Counted from the stretch's first letter, positions 9,564 to 19,888 are shown. The stretch: 64,000 bases of DNA from an uncultured Eubacteriales bacterium (GCA_934378145.1 CAKXXW010000003.1:13512-77511), one strand, 5' to 3'. Made by a program: numbers and translations. Notes: a model not told the origin generated them from the sequence alone.

Positions 9564-11957
9564 TTATGCTCTGAGACCTATACCGAGCTGAGTGGCAAGG
9601 GCTGTAAGGATCTTCTGCGAAGCCTTGTCAGCCTCCTCAACGGTAAGGGTGCGGTCGGCGGCGCGGAGGGTGACTCTCATGGAGACGCTCTTCTTGCCGG
9701 CGCCGACCTGCTCTCCGCGGTAGACATCGAAGAGCTTTACCGATTCGACGAGCTTTCCGCCGGCGCGGCTCATGACATCCTCGATCTTGCCGACCTCAAG
9801 GTCGTCGTCGCAGACGAACGAGAAGTCGCGTGTGATCGCGGGGAATTTCGGGAGCGGTGTATACTCGGGCTTGTGGTTTATGTGGGCATACATGGCGGGA
9901 AGATCAAGCTCGGCGCAGAATACCTCACGCGTGAAGCCGTAATTTTTTGTCACGGTCGGATGCACCTGACCGAGAACACCGAGGTATGTGCCGTCGGGAG
10001 CGATCGCCTCGGCACAGCGTCCGGGGTGATAGGACGGGTCGTCGGTGCGCGCCGTGTAGGTCACGCCGAGGATCCCGAAAAGCCCGAAGAGCTTCTCGCA
10101 TACGCCCTTGAGGGTGAAGAAATCACACTCATCGTACATTCCTACGGTGATGAGCTTCTTCTCGTCGGGCAGCTCGTCGCGGCTCTCGTGGGGGATATAG
10201 ACGCTCGCAAGCTCCCAGAGTCTTGCCTTTTCGTTGCTGAACTTGTCGTTTCTCGCAAGGACCTCGAGCATGGAGGGCAGGGCGGTCGTGCGCATGACGC
10301 TCGTATCCTCACCGAGCGGGTTGGATATGACGACCGAGCGGCGCTGTTCTTCGGGAAGTCTTATCTTCTCGTAATATTTCGGGCTGATGAAGGAGAAGGT
10401 CTGGATCTCGTCAAAGCCGAGCGCCGCCATGGTCGGGGCGAGCTTTGCTTCAAGAGCCTGACGCGGCGTCCTGCCACCTCTTGTCGTCGTGCCGCCGATG
10501 TAGGTCGACTCGAGCTTGTTGTATCCGTAGATCCTGATTATCTCCTCGGCGACATCCTGCATACATTCGATGTCGGAACGGAAGGAAGGCGGGGTCAGCT
10601 CCGAGAGGTCATCGCTGACGGTGAATTCGAGCTTGCGGAGTATTTCCGCCATATATTCCTTCGTGAGGTCAACTCCGATGAAGCGGTTGATCCTGTCGGC
10701 GTCGAGCGGCAGGGTGGGCTGTTTTTTCTTTGTCGGGTAGAGGTCTATTATCTCATCGACGACCTCACCCGCGCCGAGAAGCTCCACAAGCTCGCAGGCG
10801 CGCTGCACCGCGGGCATGGTGTTCTCGGGGTCAAGGCCCTTTTCAAAGCGCGAGGAGCTTTCGGTGCGCATACCGAGCTTCTTTGCGCTGACTCTTACAG
10901 AGGAGCCGAGGAAGCTCGCGCTCTCGAAGACGACAGTCTTCGTCGCGTCGGTTATCTCGCTGTTCGCGCCGCCCATGACTCCGGCGAGCGCGACCGCCTT
11001 GTTCTTGTCGGCGATGACGAGCATCGAGGGATCAAGGGTATGATCCTTGTCGTCGAGCGAACGGAAAAGCTCGTTTTCCGCGGCACGGCGGATGATTATC
11101 TCGGATCCGTCAAGGCAGGAATAGTCAAATGCGTGCATAGGCTGACCGTATTCGAGCATTACATAGTTCGTGATGTCGACGATGTTGTTTATCGGGCGCA
11201 CACCCTCGGCACGGAGCCTCATACGGAGCCAGAGCGGAGAGGGAGCGATCTTCACATTTTTCACGACCCTTGCGGTATAGCGGAAGCAGAGGTCGGGAGC
11301 CTCGTCCTTTACCGTGAGGTAATTGTGTACACTGTCGCCCGAGCCTTTCACTACCGGGGAGTGGAGGGTGAGGGGCAGGTCAAAGGACACGGCGGATTCG
11401 CGGGCAAGGCCTATCACCGAGAGGCAGTCGGGGCGGTTCGAGGTGATCTCGAACTCGACAACGGTGTCCTTCAGCATAAGGGCGTCGCGGATGTCCTCAC
11501 CGACCTTGTCGGCAAATTCCTCTCCGAGGATAAGGATGCCCTTATCGTCAGCCCCCGGCATATCGTGTTCGGTGAGACCCAGCTCGTTTATCGAGCAGAG
11601 CATACCGTTCGATTCGACGCCGCGGAGCTTGCCGGCTTTGATGTTCACACCTCCGGGGAGCTTTGCGGGAGCCACGCAGGCGGGGACTATCGCGCCCTCG
11701 AAGACATTCTGCGCGCCCGTGACTATCTGAACTGTCCTGTCGCCGATGTCGCACCGGCAGACCCAGAGGTGGTCGGAATTTTCATGGCGGGTCATGGAGG
11801 TCACGCGGGCGACCTTCACATTTTCAATATCGTTTGCAAGTATCTCGAAGCCCTCGACCTTCGAGCCGGTGTCGGTCATACGGTCGCAGTAGCTTTTTGC
11901 GTCTTTTTCCTTGGTTCCCGGTACGAATTCGGAAAGCCAGTTGAGTGAAAGATTCAT
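9564..11957 (-). CDS. pheT: Phenylalanine--tRNA ligase beta subunit
   Basis: 797 aa. N-terminal MNLSLNWLSEF..., and tRNA-binding, B3/4 and B5 domain-like sequence throughout. Confidence 0.93.
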   Translation of the reverse strand: MNLSLNWLSEFVPGTKEKDAKSYCDRMTDTGSKVEGFEILANDIENVKVARVTSMTRHENSDHLWVCRCDIGDRTVQIVTGAQNVFEGAIVPACVAPAKLPGGVNIKAGKLRGVESNGMLCSINELGLTEHDMPGADDKGILILGEEFADKVGEDIRDALMLKDTVVEFEITSNRPDCLSVIGLARESAVSFDLPLTLHSPVVKGSGDSVHNYLTVKDEAPDLCFRYTARVVKNVKIAPSPLWLRMRLRAEGVRPINNIVDITNYVMLEYGQPMHAFDYSCLDGSEIIIRRAAENELFRSLDDKDHTLDPSMLVIADKNKAVALAGVMGGANSEITDATKTVVFESASFLGSSVRVSAKKLGMRTESSSRFEKGLDPENTMPAVQRACELVELLGAGEVVDEIIDLYPTKKKQPTLPLDADRINRFIGVDLTKEYMAEILRKLEFTVSDDLSELTPPSFRSDIECMQDVAEEIIRIYGYNKLESTYIGGTTTRGGRTPRQALEAKLAPTMAALGFDEIQTFSFISPKYYEKIRLPEEQRRSVVISNPLGEDTSVMRTTALPSMLEVLARNDKFSNEKARLWELASVYIPHESRDELPDEKKLITVGMYDECDFFTLKGVCEKLFGLFGILGVTYTARTDDPSYHPGRCAEAIAPDGTYLGVLGQVHPTVTKNYGFTREVFCAELDLPAMYAHINHKPEYTPLPKFPAITRDFSFVCDDDLEVGKIEDVMSRAGGKLVESVKLFDVYRGEQVGAGKKSVSMRVTLRAADRTLTVEEADKASQKILTALATQLGIGLRA

Positions 11958-11981
11958 AGCATTTTCCTTTCTTTATTCGGA

Positions 11982-12887
11982 TCACATACTCTGACGGAAT
12001 CCGTTTCCGATTATCTCGGAGGAATTTGAGATGAGGACGAAGGATGCCGGGTCGGCTTCCTTGATGAGAGTGCGCAGGCGGCGTGCCTGTGACGCTGTCA
12101 TTACCGAGAGCAGGACGGATTTATCCTGCTTTGTGTAGCATCCCTCGGCGTCCCAGCGCGTGGCATCGCGACCTATCGTTTTGAGGATGATCTCCGCCAC
12201 CTCATCGGGCTTGTCTGTGATTATAATGAAGTATTTCGTGCGGTTAAGGCTCTCTATCGACGAGTTGATGATAAGTGTCGCGATGAACACGCCGAAGAGA
12301 GAGAAGAGTCCGGTCTTCGCGTCGAAGGTGAAGAAGGCGGTCAGCACTATCAGAAGATCGGCGATAAGCATCGCGTTGCCTATGTCGATATTGAGCTTCT
12401 TCATAAGGATCATACCGATGATGTCGGAGCCGCCGGTCGAGCCTCCGAGATTGAATATCACCGCCGTCGCGAAGGACGACAGGGCGACCGCGAAGAAAAG
12501 CTCAAGGAAGGGCTGGTCGGTCATAGGCTCTTTCGTGCTGAAAAGTCCGGCTTTTTCGAGCAGCTCGAGTACCTGAAGGAAAGCCGACAGCAGTATGCTG
12601 CAATAAACGGTCTTCGCGCCGAAGCCCCTGCCGAGGAAGATGAAGCCTATTATCAGCAGTATGACATTGGAGATAGTGACGAAGGTCGCGGGCGTGAGCC
12701 ATTCCATAGCCGTTCCGGCGGTGAAATGTCCGACGACGACCGAGAGACCGGTCATTCCGCCGAGGACGAAGTGATTCGGGTACTTGAAGAAGTAGAGCGC
12801 GGCGGCGACTATCGCTATGGCTACCGTCATAATGCCGTAGTCCCTGACGGTGAGAAGGACTTTCTTCCTGTTTAACTTTTTCTCCAT
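11982..12887 (-). CDS. YitT-family membrane protein (DUF2179 C-terminal domain)
   Basis: Multi-pass hydrophobic N-terminal part, GGSTGGSDII motif, and a soluble C-terminal domain. Its start lies 2 nt after the pheS stop. Confidence 0.7.
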   Translation of the reverse strand: MEKKLNRKKVLLTVRDYGIMTVAIAIVAAALYFFKYPNHFVLGGMTGLSVVVGHFTAGTAMEWLTPATFVTISNVILLIIGFIFLGRGFGAKTVYCSILLSAFLQVLELLEKAGLFSTKEPMTDQPFLELFFAVALSSFATAVIFNLGGSTGGSDIIGMILMKKLNIDIGNAMLIADLLIVLTAFFTFDAKTGLFSLFGVFIATLIINSSIESLNRTKYFIIITDKPDEVAEIILKTIGRDATRWDAEGCYTKQDKSVLLSVMTASQARRLRTLIKEADPASFVLISNSSEIIGNGFRQSM

Positions 12888-12889
12888 TA

Positions 12890-13900
12890 TCAGAACTCTC
12901 CGAGGAAGCGTGTATCGTTCTCGTAGAGCAGACGCATATCGTCGATGTGGTATTTGAGCATTGCGATCCTCTCGATACCGAAGCCGAAGGCGAAGCCCGA
13001 GTAGACATCGGGGTCGATGCCGCAGTTGCGGAGAACATTAGGGTGTACCATTCCGGCACCGAGGATCTCTATCCAGCCCTCACCCTTGCAGATGCGGCAA
13101 CCCTTTCCGCCGCAGGCGAAGCAGGAGACATCGACCTCTGCCGACGGCTCGGTGAAGGGGAAGTGGTGGGGTCTGAAACGGATCCTTGTCTCCTCGCCGA
13201 AGGTCTGCTTCGCGAAAAGCTCAAGCACGCCCTTGAGGTCGCCCATCGAGATGCCCTTGTCGACGACAAGCCCCTCGAGCTGGTGAAAGAGCGGCGAATG
13301 TGTCGCGTCGACCGCGTCCGAGCGGTAGACCCGTCCGGGTGAGATTATCCTTATCGGGGGCTTCTGCTTTTCCATCGTTCTGACCTGCACGGGCGAGGTC
13401 TGCGAGCGGAGAAGGATATTGTCGGTGATATAGAAGGTGTCCTGCGTATCTCTCGCGGGGTGGTTTTCGGGGATGTTGAGCGCCTGGAAGTTGTAGTAAT
13501 CAAGCTCGACCTCGGGACCCTCGACGATCGTGAAACCGAGACCGATGAAGATGTCCTCAAGCTCTCTCTGAGTCATCGTGAGCGGGTGGATGTGACCCAT
13601 TTCGCCTTCGGCGGGAAGGGTGACATCGATCTTTTCTTTGTTCAGCTTAAGCTCAAGGAGCCTGTCCTGCATCTGTCTGCGGCGCTCTTCTATCGACGCC
13701 TCTATGTCGGCGCGGACTTCGTTCGCGAGCTGACCGATAAGGGGGCGTTCTTCTGCGGAGAGCTTTCCCATGCCGCGAAGCACGGCGGTAAGCTCGCCCT
13801 TTTTGCCGAGATAGCGGACTCTCAGCGCCTCGATGTCCGCGGCATTGTCGCTGAGCTGCGCCTTTGCGTCGGCGCGGATCTTTTCAAGCAGTTCTCTCAT
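12890..13900 (-). CDS. pheS: Phenylalanine--tRNA ligase alpha subunit
   Basis: Class II motifs ([35 protein letters not shown]). Confidence 0.93.
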   Translation of the reverse strand: MRELLEKIRADAKAQLSDNAADIEALRVRYLGKKGELTAVLRGMGKLSAEERPLIGQLANEVRADIEASIEERRRQMQDRLLELKLNKEKIDVTLPAEGEMGHIHPLTMTQRELEDIFIGLGFTIVEGPEVELDYYNFQALNIPENHPARDTQDTFYITDNILLRSQTSPVQVRTMEKQKPPIRIISPGRVYRSDAVDATHSPLFHQLEGLVVDKGISMGDLKGVLELFAKQTFGEETRIRFRPHHFPFTEPSAEVDVSCFACGGKGCRICKGEGWIEILGAGMVHPNVLRNCGIDPDVYSGFAFGFGIERIAMLKYHIDDMRLLYENDTRFLGEF

Positions 13901-13921
13901 ATTTATATCCTTTCAAATGAT

Positions 13922-14272
13922 TTACTTGTTTTTTCCTTCGGGATCGAAGGGAATACCGCATGGGTAGCGGCGGTTGCTTATCTCTTCCTTGAGCGGGATC
14001 CATTTTTCGAGGTCTACCCCGCTTGCGTTTGCGACCATCAGGGTGTAATAGAGGATGTCGTAAAGCTCCTCCTCGACCGAACCCTTGAGGTCATCCGCAC
14101 CCGTCGCGTGGCGGTTCCCGCGGGTCTTGACCCGGGCAAGCTCGCCGACTTCCTCAACGAGCTTTATGAAGTAATGCTCGGGGTTTTCACGGGCAAGACG
14201 GCGATCCTCGTCGTCCTTTGAGGCGAGGTAGCTCTGGAGATATCTTATCGTGATGCTGCCTTTTTCGTCCAT
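13922..14272 (-). CDS. MazG-like nucleotide pyrophosphohydrolase (small all-alpha NTP-PPase)
   Basis: EEVGELARV ... EELYDILYYTLMVANASGVDLE is the EExxE/D pattern of MazG-type NTP pyrophosphohydrolases. I chose the start at MDEKGS (14272) because the longer ORF would run through the T-box terminator. Confidence 0.6.
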   Translation of the reverse strand: MDEKGSITIRYLQSYLASKDDEDRRLARENPEHYFIKLVEEVGELARVKTRGNRHATGADDLKGSVEEELYDILYYTLMVANASGVDLEKWIPLKEEISNRRYPCGIPFDPEGKNK

Positions 14273-14285
14273 CGGAAAATTCCTT

Positions 14286-14530
14286 TCAAAAAAATATGTC
14301 CCGCCGTAAAAACGACGGGACGAAACGCTTTTCGCGTACGCGGTACCACCCATGATTCCGGATCTCTCCGGCACTCTGCGCCCTTTAACGGAGGCTGACC
14401 GGGACGGACTACTTTTTTCACCCATCCGGCTCGGAAGCGAAAGGCGAGGCAGAACGCATGACCGCTCTCAGCCGCAGGCGGTCTTCTCTGTGATGCGTCG
14501 GACTGCTTTGCCGACTTCGTCATTGCTTTT
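14286..14530 (-). promoter_or_regulatory. T-box leader (probable Phe specifier) controlling mazG-like/pheS/yitT/pheT
   Basis: On the minus strand: an AGAGA box and GCTGAGAG in stem I, and a candidate UUC in GCCUUUCGCUUCCGAG. The conserved T-box sequence GGGTGGTACCGCG is the reverse complement of 14339-14351. It is followed by a terminator hairpin, GTCCCGTCG-TTTTTA-CGGCGGGAC (14298-14321), and a T-run. Confidence 0.85.
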
Positions 14531-14536
14531 TAGCTT

Positions 14537-14564
14537 ATTATAACACGATTTTTCCGAAAATCAA
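14537..14564 (-). promoter_or_regulatory. Sigma-A type promoter for the Phe T-box leader
   Basis: Minus strand TTGATT, 16-nt spacer, TATAAT (with TGT immediately 5' of the -10). The -35 overlaps the stop codon of the DUF1294 gene. Confidence 0.55.
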
Positions 14565-14848
14565 GGGGTAAACGCAAAAATTGCGCAGCCCGCGACCACC
14601 TGAAGCAGGAGGATAACGGGTATCCCTACCATAAATTTCGGGTGCTTTGTCTTGTGACGGATGATCAGCATCGTTACGAGCATTGCGAAAGAGCCTCCGA
14701 GTACGGAAAGAAGCATCAGCGTAGCCTCGGGGACTCTTTGTGAGCCGCTCTTCGCTTTTACCTTGTCGGCGACCGTCACGATGACCGAGATCAGCGAGAT
14801 GAGTATCAGCCATCCGGGCAGGACGCGGAAGAAGATAAGCTCCTTCAC
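14561..14848 (-). CDS. DUF1294-family small membrane protein
   Basis: RVPEATLMLLSVLGGSFAMLVTMLIIRHKTKHPKF matches the DUF1294 signature. It probably uses the GTG start at 14848, which overlaps the glnS stop (GTGA). The longer 190-aa ORF lies inside glnS in another frame. Confidence 0.6.
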   Translation of the reverse strand: MKELIFFRVLPGWLILISLISVIVTVADKVKAKSGSQRVPEATLMLLSVLGGSFAMLVTMLIIRHKTKHPKFMVGIPVILLLQVVAGCAIFAFTP

Positions 14849-16503
14849 GCCTTTTTCGGGAAGCTGTCCTTGAGTTCGACGACGCGGTTGAAAACGCCGG
14901 GATTCTTCGTGTCGAGGCAGAAGTAGCCCGTGCGGACGAACTGGAACTTTTCGCCCGGCTTTGCGTCGGCGAGCGAAGGCTCGACCATTACATTTTCGAC
15001 CTTTTCCGCAGAGGTCGGGTTGAGGAAGTCGATATAGGATTTGCCCTCGGGAAGGTCGTTCATATTTTCCTCTGTAAAGAGTCTGTCGTAGAGGATCGCA
15101 GTCGCGGGCTTTGCGTAGTCGGCGGAGAGCCAATGGATCGTGCCCTTGACCTTGTGTCCGTCGGCGGGCATGCCGCAGCCCGTTTCAAGGTCGGCGTTGA
15201 CATGGACGGCTTTGACGCTTCCGTCCTCGTTGGTCTCGAGCGAGGCGAACTTCACGATATAGGCTCCCATAAGCCTTACTTCGCCGTCGGGCTTGAGGCG
15301 GAAGAACTTCGGAGGCGGCACCTGCGCGAAGTCATCCGCGTCGATATAAAGCTCGCGGGTGAAGGGAAGGGCGCGTGTTCCCGCCTCGGGATCGCCGGGG
15401 TTGTTCGGAAGGTCAAAGTATTCGGTCTTGCCCTCCGGGAAGTTGTCGACGATGAGCTTTATCGGCGAGATAACGGCTATGCGGCGCTGTGCGTGGGCGT
15501 TGAGGTCCTCTCTGATGCAGTGTTCGAGAAGCCCTATATCGACCATGCTGTTCGATTTGGAGACTCCTATCCTCTGACAGAAGTCAAGGATAGATTCGGG
15601 GGTATAGCCGCGACGGCGCAGACCGCAGAGGGTCGGCATACGCGGGTCGTCCCAGCCGTCGACGATGTTGTTTTCGACGAGGTAGCGAAGGTATCTCTTC
15701 GACAGTACGGTGTTCGTTATATTGAGGCGCGCGAATTCGATCTGGCGCGGCTTGCAGTTCACGCTGACATTGTTTATGACCCAATCGTAGAGCGGGCGGT
15801 GGATCTCGTACTCAAGCGAGCAGAGCGAGTGCGTGATGCCCTCGATCGCGTCCTGTATCGGGTGGGCGAAATCGTACATCGGGAAGATGCACCATTTCTT
15901 GCCCTGCCTGTGGTGGTCGATGTAGCGTATGCGGTAGATGACCGGATCGCGCATACAGAAGTTGCCCGAGGCAAGGTCGATCTTCGCGCGGAGCGTGTAT
16001 TTGCCTTCCGGGAATTCTCCGTTCTTCATCCTCTCGAAAAGGTCAAGGCTCTCTTCGACAGGTCTGTCGCGCCAAGGCGAGACTGCCGGATGCGTGAGGT
16101 CTCCGCAGTATGCCGGATCGCGGAACTGCTCGGCGCTCAGCTCGCATACATACGCAAGACCTTTCTTTATCAGCTCGACGGCGTATTCATAATCCCGATC
16201 AAAGTAATCCGAGCCGTAGTAGAAGCGGTCGCCCCAGTCGAAGCCGAGCCAGTGGATGTCTTCCTTTATCGCATCGACAAATTCGGTGTCCTCCTTTGCC
16301 GGGTTGGTGTCGTCCATCCTGAGGTTGCATTTCCCGCCGTACTTTGCCGCGGTGCCGAAGTCGATTATCAGCGCCTTGCAGTGACCTATGTGAAGGTAGC
16401 CGTTCGGCTCGGGCGGGAAGCGGGTGTGTATCTCGTCGGCGCGGTATTTGCCTTCTTTTATTTCTTCGTCGATTATATCGTGTATAAAATTGGTACTTTC
16501 CAT
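14845..16503 (-). CDS. glnS: Glutamine--tRNA ligase
   Basis: Very close to the E. coli GlnRS pattern: TRFPPEPNGYLHIGHCKA (HIGH), NLRMDDTNP, VLSKR (KMSKS). Confidence 0.92.
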   Translation of the reverse strand: MESTNFIHDIIDEEIKEGKYRADEIHTRFPPEPNGYLHIGHCKALIIDFGTAAKYGGKCNLRMDDTNPAKEDTEFVDAIKEDIHWLGFDWGDRFYYGSDYFDRDYEYAVELIKKGLAYVCELSAEQFRDPAYCGDLTHPAVSPWRDRPVEESLDLFERMKNGEFPEGKYTLRAKIDLASGNFCMRDPVIYRIRYIDHHRQGKKWCIFPMYDFAHPIQDAIEGITHSLCSLEYEIHRPLYDWVINNVSVNCKPRQIEFARLNITNTVLSKRYLRYLVENNIVDGWDDPRMPTLCGLRRRGYTPESILDFCQRIGVSKSNSMVDIGLLEHCIREDLNAHAQRRIAVISPIKLIVDNFPEGKTEYFDLPNNPGDPEAGTRALPFTRELYIDADDFAQVPPPKFFRLKPDGEVRLMGAYIVKFASLETNEDGSVKAVHVNADLETGCGMPADGHKVKGTIHWLSADYAKPATAILYDRLFTEENMNDLPEGKSYIDFLNPTSAEKVENVMVEPSLADAKPGEKFQFVRTGYFCLDTKNPGVFNRVVELKDSFPKKA

Positions 16504-16515
16504 ACGCTCTCTCCG

Positions 16516-18219
16516 TTAAAGATTATTTATCATCGAATTTATTCTTGCTCTGACCCTGTCCTCACCGAGGATATTCATAACGGTGAACATATCGGGCGAG
16601 TTGAGCTTTCCGGTCACGGCGACGCGGATGAACATACTGATGTCGGCGACGCTTCCGCGGTACTGTGTCGGATCGGCTTTGTAAGCCTTCATATCCGAGG
16701 CATAGCCGAGATCATCCGCGATAGCCTTGATCTTGTCGAACCATACATTCTGGTCGTCTGCGGGATCATAGCTGCAGAGGAAAGATGCGAGCGCTTTCTT
16801 TATGTCGTTCTTATCTGCCGTTTCGGGATAGGCATCGGTCACGGCAAAGCTGTCGTCATAGAAGAGGCTCGTGTATTCTTTAAGCTCGACATAGGTGCCG
16901 TAGTCCTTGCGCGGCTTTTTGCCTCCCCTGCCTATGGAGATTATCGCCTTCGCGTAATCGGGGTCGGCTTTGAGCTTTTCGGAATAATCGGGGTCGAAAT
17001 CCTCCGCCCAGCCGAGAAGTCCGGCATAGACCTTGTCGGCGGTCATGCGTGAGAAGACATTCTTCGATACATCCCCGAGCTTGGCAAGGTCGAAAAGGCA
17101 TCCCGATGCCGACATTTTTTTTATATTGAAGGGGAAGTCGGTGTAAGGCTTGTCGGGGTTCTGCATATGCCATTCCTCGTAGTTCGAGTTGAGCAGGGTC
17201 ATGATGTATTCGCAGACACATTCGGGAGCGTAGCCGAGGCGCGAGTAGTCCTCAAGGTTCGCGCCCATGTCCCTCTTCGAGAGCTTCTTTTTATTGCCGT
17301 TCTCGTCAAGGCGCATGATCTGCGAGTTGTGCATATATTTCGGGAGTCTGAAGCCGAGGTACCTGAAGAGCTGGATATGCTTTGCGACGCTCGGGAGCCA
17401 TTCCTCGCCGCGTATGACATGAGTCGTACCCATGAGATGATCGTCCACCGCGTGCGCGAAGTGGTAGGTAGGGATGCCGTCGGATTTGAGAAGCACGAAG
17501 TCCTCGTCGTTTTCGGGTATCTCAAGAGTACCCTTCACAAGGTCGGTGAACTTGGTCTTTTTCGACGGGTCTCCGTCGGCAAGCAGACGGAGGACGAAGG
17601 GTTCGCCGGCATCAAGGTGAGCTTTGACCTCTTCAAGGGTTATCGAGCGCTCGCGCATCTTCTGCTCTTTCCTTGCCGCTTCCTCGGCGAGCCATGCCTG
17701 CTCGTCCCATTCCTTCTTTTCTTTTATCTCTGCCTTCTTGTCCTTCGCGTTAAGTTCGTCAAGCTCCTCCGCCGTCGAAAAGCAGGGATAAGCGAGTCCG
17801 CGTCTGACAAGGTCTTTCGCATAGACATGGTATATCGGTCCGCGAAGGCTCTGCTTGTAGGGACCGTAGTTTCCTTTATCGACTATATTTCCGTTTTCGT
17901 CAAGAGCGGCGCCCTCGTCGAAATGTATCCCGTATTTCGCAAGGGTCACGATGAGAGCCTCGGCAGCGCCGGGGACCTCGCGCTTTGCGTCGGTATCCTC
18001 TATTCTGAGTATGAACACGCCGCCCGATTGGTGGGCGAGCCTTTCGCCCGTCGTCGTGGGAAGGAGTCCGCCGAAATGCACAAAGCCCGTTGGACTCGGG
18101 GCAAAGCGCGTCACCTTCGCGCCCTCGGGCAGTTTTCTCGTGGGATATTCAGCCTCCATATCGGCGGGGGTTTTCGTAACTTCGGGGTAGAGAAGCTCTG
18201 CGAGCATATTGTAGTCCAT
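16516..18219 (-). CDS. gltX: Glutamate--tRNA ligase (long form)
   Basis: RFAPSPTGFVHFGGL (HIGH-type), KLSKR, and the class I catalytic core RIEDTD. Confidence 0.88.
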   Translation of the reverse strand: MDYNMLAELLYPEVTKTPADMEAEYPTRKLPEGAKVTRFAPSPTGFVHFGGLLPTTTGERLAHQSGGVFILRIEDTDAKREVPGAAEALIVTLAKYGIHFDEGAALDENGNIVDKGNYGPYKQSLRGPIYHVYAKDLVRRGLAYPCFSTAEELDELNAKDKKAEIKEKKEWDEQAWLAEEAARKEQKMRERSITLEEVKAHLDAGEPFVLRLLADGDPSKKTKFTDLVKGTLEIPENDEDFVLLKSDGIPTYHFAHAVDDHLMGTTHVIRGEEWLPSVAKHIQLFRYLGFRLPKYMHNSQIMRLDENGNKKKLSKRDMGANLEDYSRLGYAPECVCEYIMTLLNSNYEEWHMQNPDKPYTDFPFNIKKMSASGCLFDLAKLGDVSKNVFSRMTADKVYAGLLGWAEDFDPDYSEKLKADPDYAKAIISIGRGGKKPRKDYGTYVELKEYTSLFYDDSFAVTDAYPETADKNDIKKALASFLCSYDPADDQNVWFDKIKAIADDLGYASDMKAYKADPTQYRGSVADISMFIRVAVTGKLNSPDMFTVMNILGEDRVRARINSMINNL

Positions 18220-18268
18220 TATGTGACCTCCGTTGCCGCCTTACGGCGGGTTATGATGAAATCAGGTC

Positions 18269-18892
18269 TTACTGCCTGTTGTATATTTTGTAAAGTGCGT
18301 CCGAGAGCCTTGCCGTATTGCCGTGACCCGGGCAGATCATAAGGTCTTCCTTTGCGGCGAGCGCGCGGAGCTTTCCGAGCGAGTGATTCATCTTCGCGGG
18401 ACTTCCCGAATAAAGGTCGAGCCGCCCGAAGCTGTCAGCCATTATCGTGTCGCCCGTGAAGAGGAGCTTTGCGCAACGGTAGCAGACCGAGCCTTTCGTA
18501 TGCCCCGGCGTGTGCATCACGCGAAGGCGCATATTGCCGAAGGGGATCGTGTCGCCTTCTATCAGGAGCTTGTCCGGATTGCCGAAGTCGCGGTCCTTCG
18601 AGAAAAAGTCGAAGAAGGCGTTCTTATGTCCGTCGGGCATAAGCTCGGCGTCGTCGGCGTGTATCATTACCGGAGCCGAGGGATTTTGCGTGCGGAGCTT
18701 CTCAAGTCCCAGCATATGGTCGAAATGACCGTGGGTCAGAAGGATCGCCTTCAGCGTCAGTCCGTTCTGCGTGAGGTATTTCATTACCTCCGCCGCCGAT
18801 GCGCTCGGGTCGATGACGACAGCTTCTCCTTTGTCGGAGACGATATAACAGTTGGAGCCTATTGTTTGCGGTGTGATTCGGAACAGATTCAT
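18269..18892 (-). CDS. MBL-fold metallo-hydrolase (glyoxalase II-like)
   Basis: LLTHGHFDH metal-binding motif plus later HTPGHT and GH residues. Confidence 0.8.
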   Translation of the reverse strand: MNLFRITPQTIGSNCYIVSDKGEAVVIDPSASAAEVMKYLTQNGLTLKAILLTHGHFDHMLGLEKLRTQNPSAPVMIHADDAELMPDGHKNAFFDFFSKDRDFGNPDKLLIEGDTIPFGNMRLRVMHTPGHTKGSVCYRCAKLLFTGDTIMADSFGRLDLYSGSPAKMNHSLGKLRALAAKEDLMICPGHGNTARLSDALYKIYNRQ

Positions 18893-18985
18893 AAGTCCTC
18901 GCTTTGTGTGCTTGATTATTATTCTATCATTATATCATACAAAAGCGGGTTTGTCCACAGGCTTCGGGCATTTTTTGGCAAAAAA

Positions 18986-19888
18986 TTAAAGGTCCTGCCC
19001 GAGGTCGACACCGAACGCGCGGTTGATCGCCGTTGCGAAGAGGCGGCAGAGGCTCCTTATCAGCGCGTCACAGTCCTTCGGCGAGACGAAATAGCTTTTT
19101 CCGCTCTCAAGGACTTCGGAAAGACTTTCCGGGATTTCGGAAAAGCCCGCCTTGCCGAGTGCATCGGTCACAAGGGTGGAAGAATCGACGACTGTCGGGA
19201 CTCCGAGGGCTATAACGGGGACTCCGAGCGTGCGAAGGCTCAGCTCGCTTCTCCGGTTTCCGATGCCCGAGCCGGGGGCGATACCGTTGTCGCAAAGCTG
19301 GACGGTTGAAAAGAGCCTTTCGCACGACCCCGCCGCGAGAGCGTCGATGGCTATGACGGCGTCGGGTCCCGCGGCTTCGGTCGCACCGAGGATGAGCCTG
19401 CTTGCCTCAATGCCGGTCTGGCCGAGGACGCCCGGAGCCACCGCGCTGAGCTTTGCACATCCGAGCCGCGAGAAGAGTTCCGGCTCCGCGTCGGCAAGGT
19501 GCCTTGTCGCGTTCAGCCGCGCGACACTGCCGGGACCGACCGCATCGGGGGTCATTTTCGCGTTCCCGAGTCCGGCAACGAGTACACCGAGGCCGTTTCC
19601 GACGCTCTTGCCGGTCACTCTTTTCACATATGCCGTAAGTTCGGAGGAAAGAAGGTCGCAAAGCTCCGAAAATTCCCGATCGCTCAGCTCTCCGATCCTG
19701 CCGAAGCCTATTGTCGTGTAGTTTCCGGCGGGTTTTCCGAAGGCTCTGCCCGAGCTTTCGGAGAGCCTCATGCGCTCGACGGTGAAGCCCCCGACGCTTT
19801 CTGTACGGTATCCGGCGTCGCGCGGAAGCCCTCTGCCCGACGGAAAATTCTCGGCGGCGAGATCCGTTCTGAAATGTCTTTCTGTCAT
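18986..19888 (-). CDS. gpr: Germination protease (GPR endopeptidase)
   Basis: The N-terminal RTDLAAENF... and GLGN...TPDAVGP, IAIDALA motifs are typical of spore GPR. Confidence 0.8.
   Translation of the reverse strand: MTERHFRTDLAAENFPSGRGLPRDAGYRTESVGGFTVERMRLSESSGRAFGKPAGNYTTIGFGRIGELSDREFSELCDLLSSELTAYVKRVTGKSVGNGLGVLVAGLGNAKMTPDAVGPGSVARLNATRHLADAEPELFSRLGCAKLSAVAPGVLGQTGIEASRLILGATEAAGPDAVIAIDALAAGSCERLFSTVQLCDNGIAPGSGIGNRRSELSLRTLGVPVIALGVPTVVDSSTLVTDALGKAGFSEIPESLSEVLESGKSYFVSPKDCDALIRSLCRLFATAINRAFGVDLGQDL

Noticed and set aside
9873-11948. 691-aa ORF on the plus strand, opposite pheT.
   Set aside because: It is antisense to a full-length, clearly homologous pheT. The translation is R/G/V/E-rich and low in complexity, with no recognisable motifs and no RBS. 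This is a typical shadow ORF of a GC-rich coding strand.
14273-14425. Upstream extension of the MazG-like ORF (167-aa version).
   Set aside because: The extension would be translated through the T-box motif and its terminator hairpin. The internal ATG at 14272 gives a protein of normal MazG-like size.
15133-17052. 639-aa plus-strand ORF spanning glnS and the start of gltX.
   Set aside because: Antisense shadow ORF. It crosses the glnS/gltX intergenic gap and has no protein-like motifs. Both sense genes are unambiguous.
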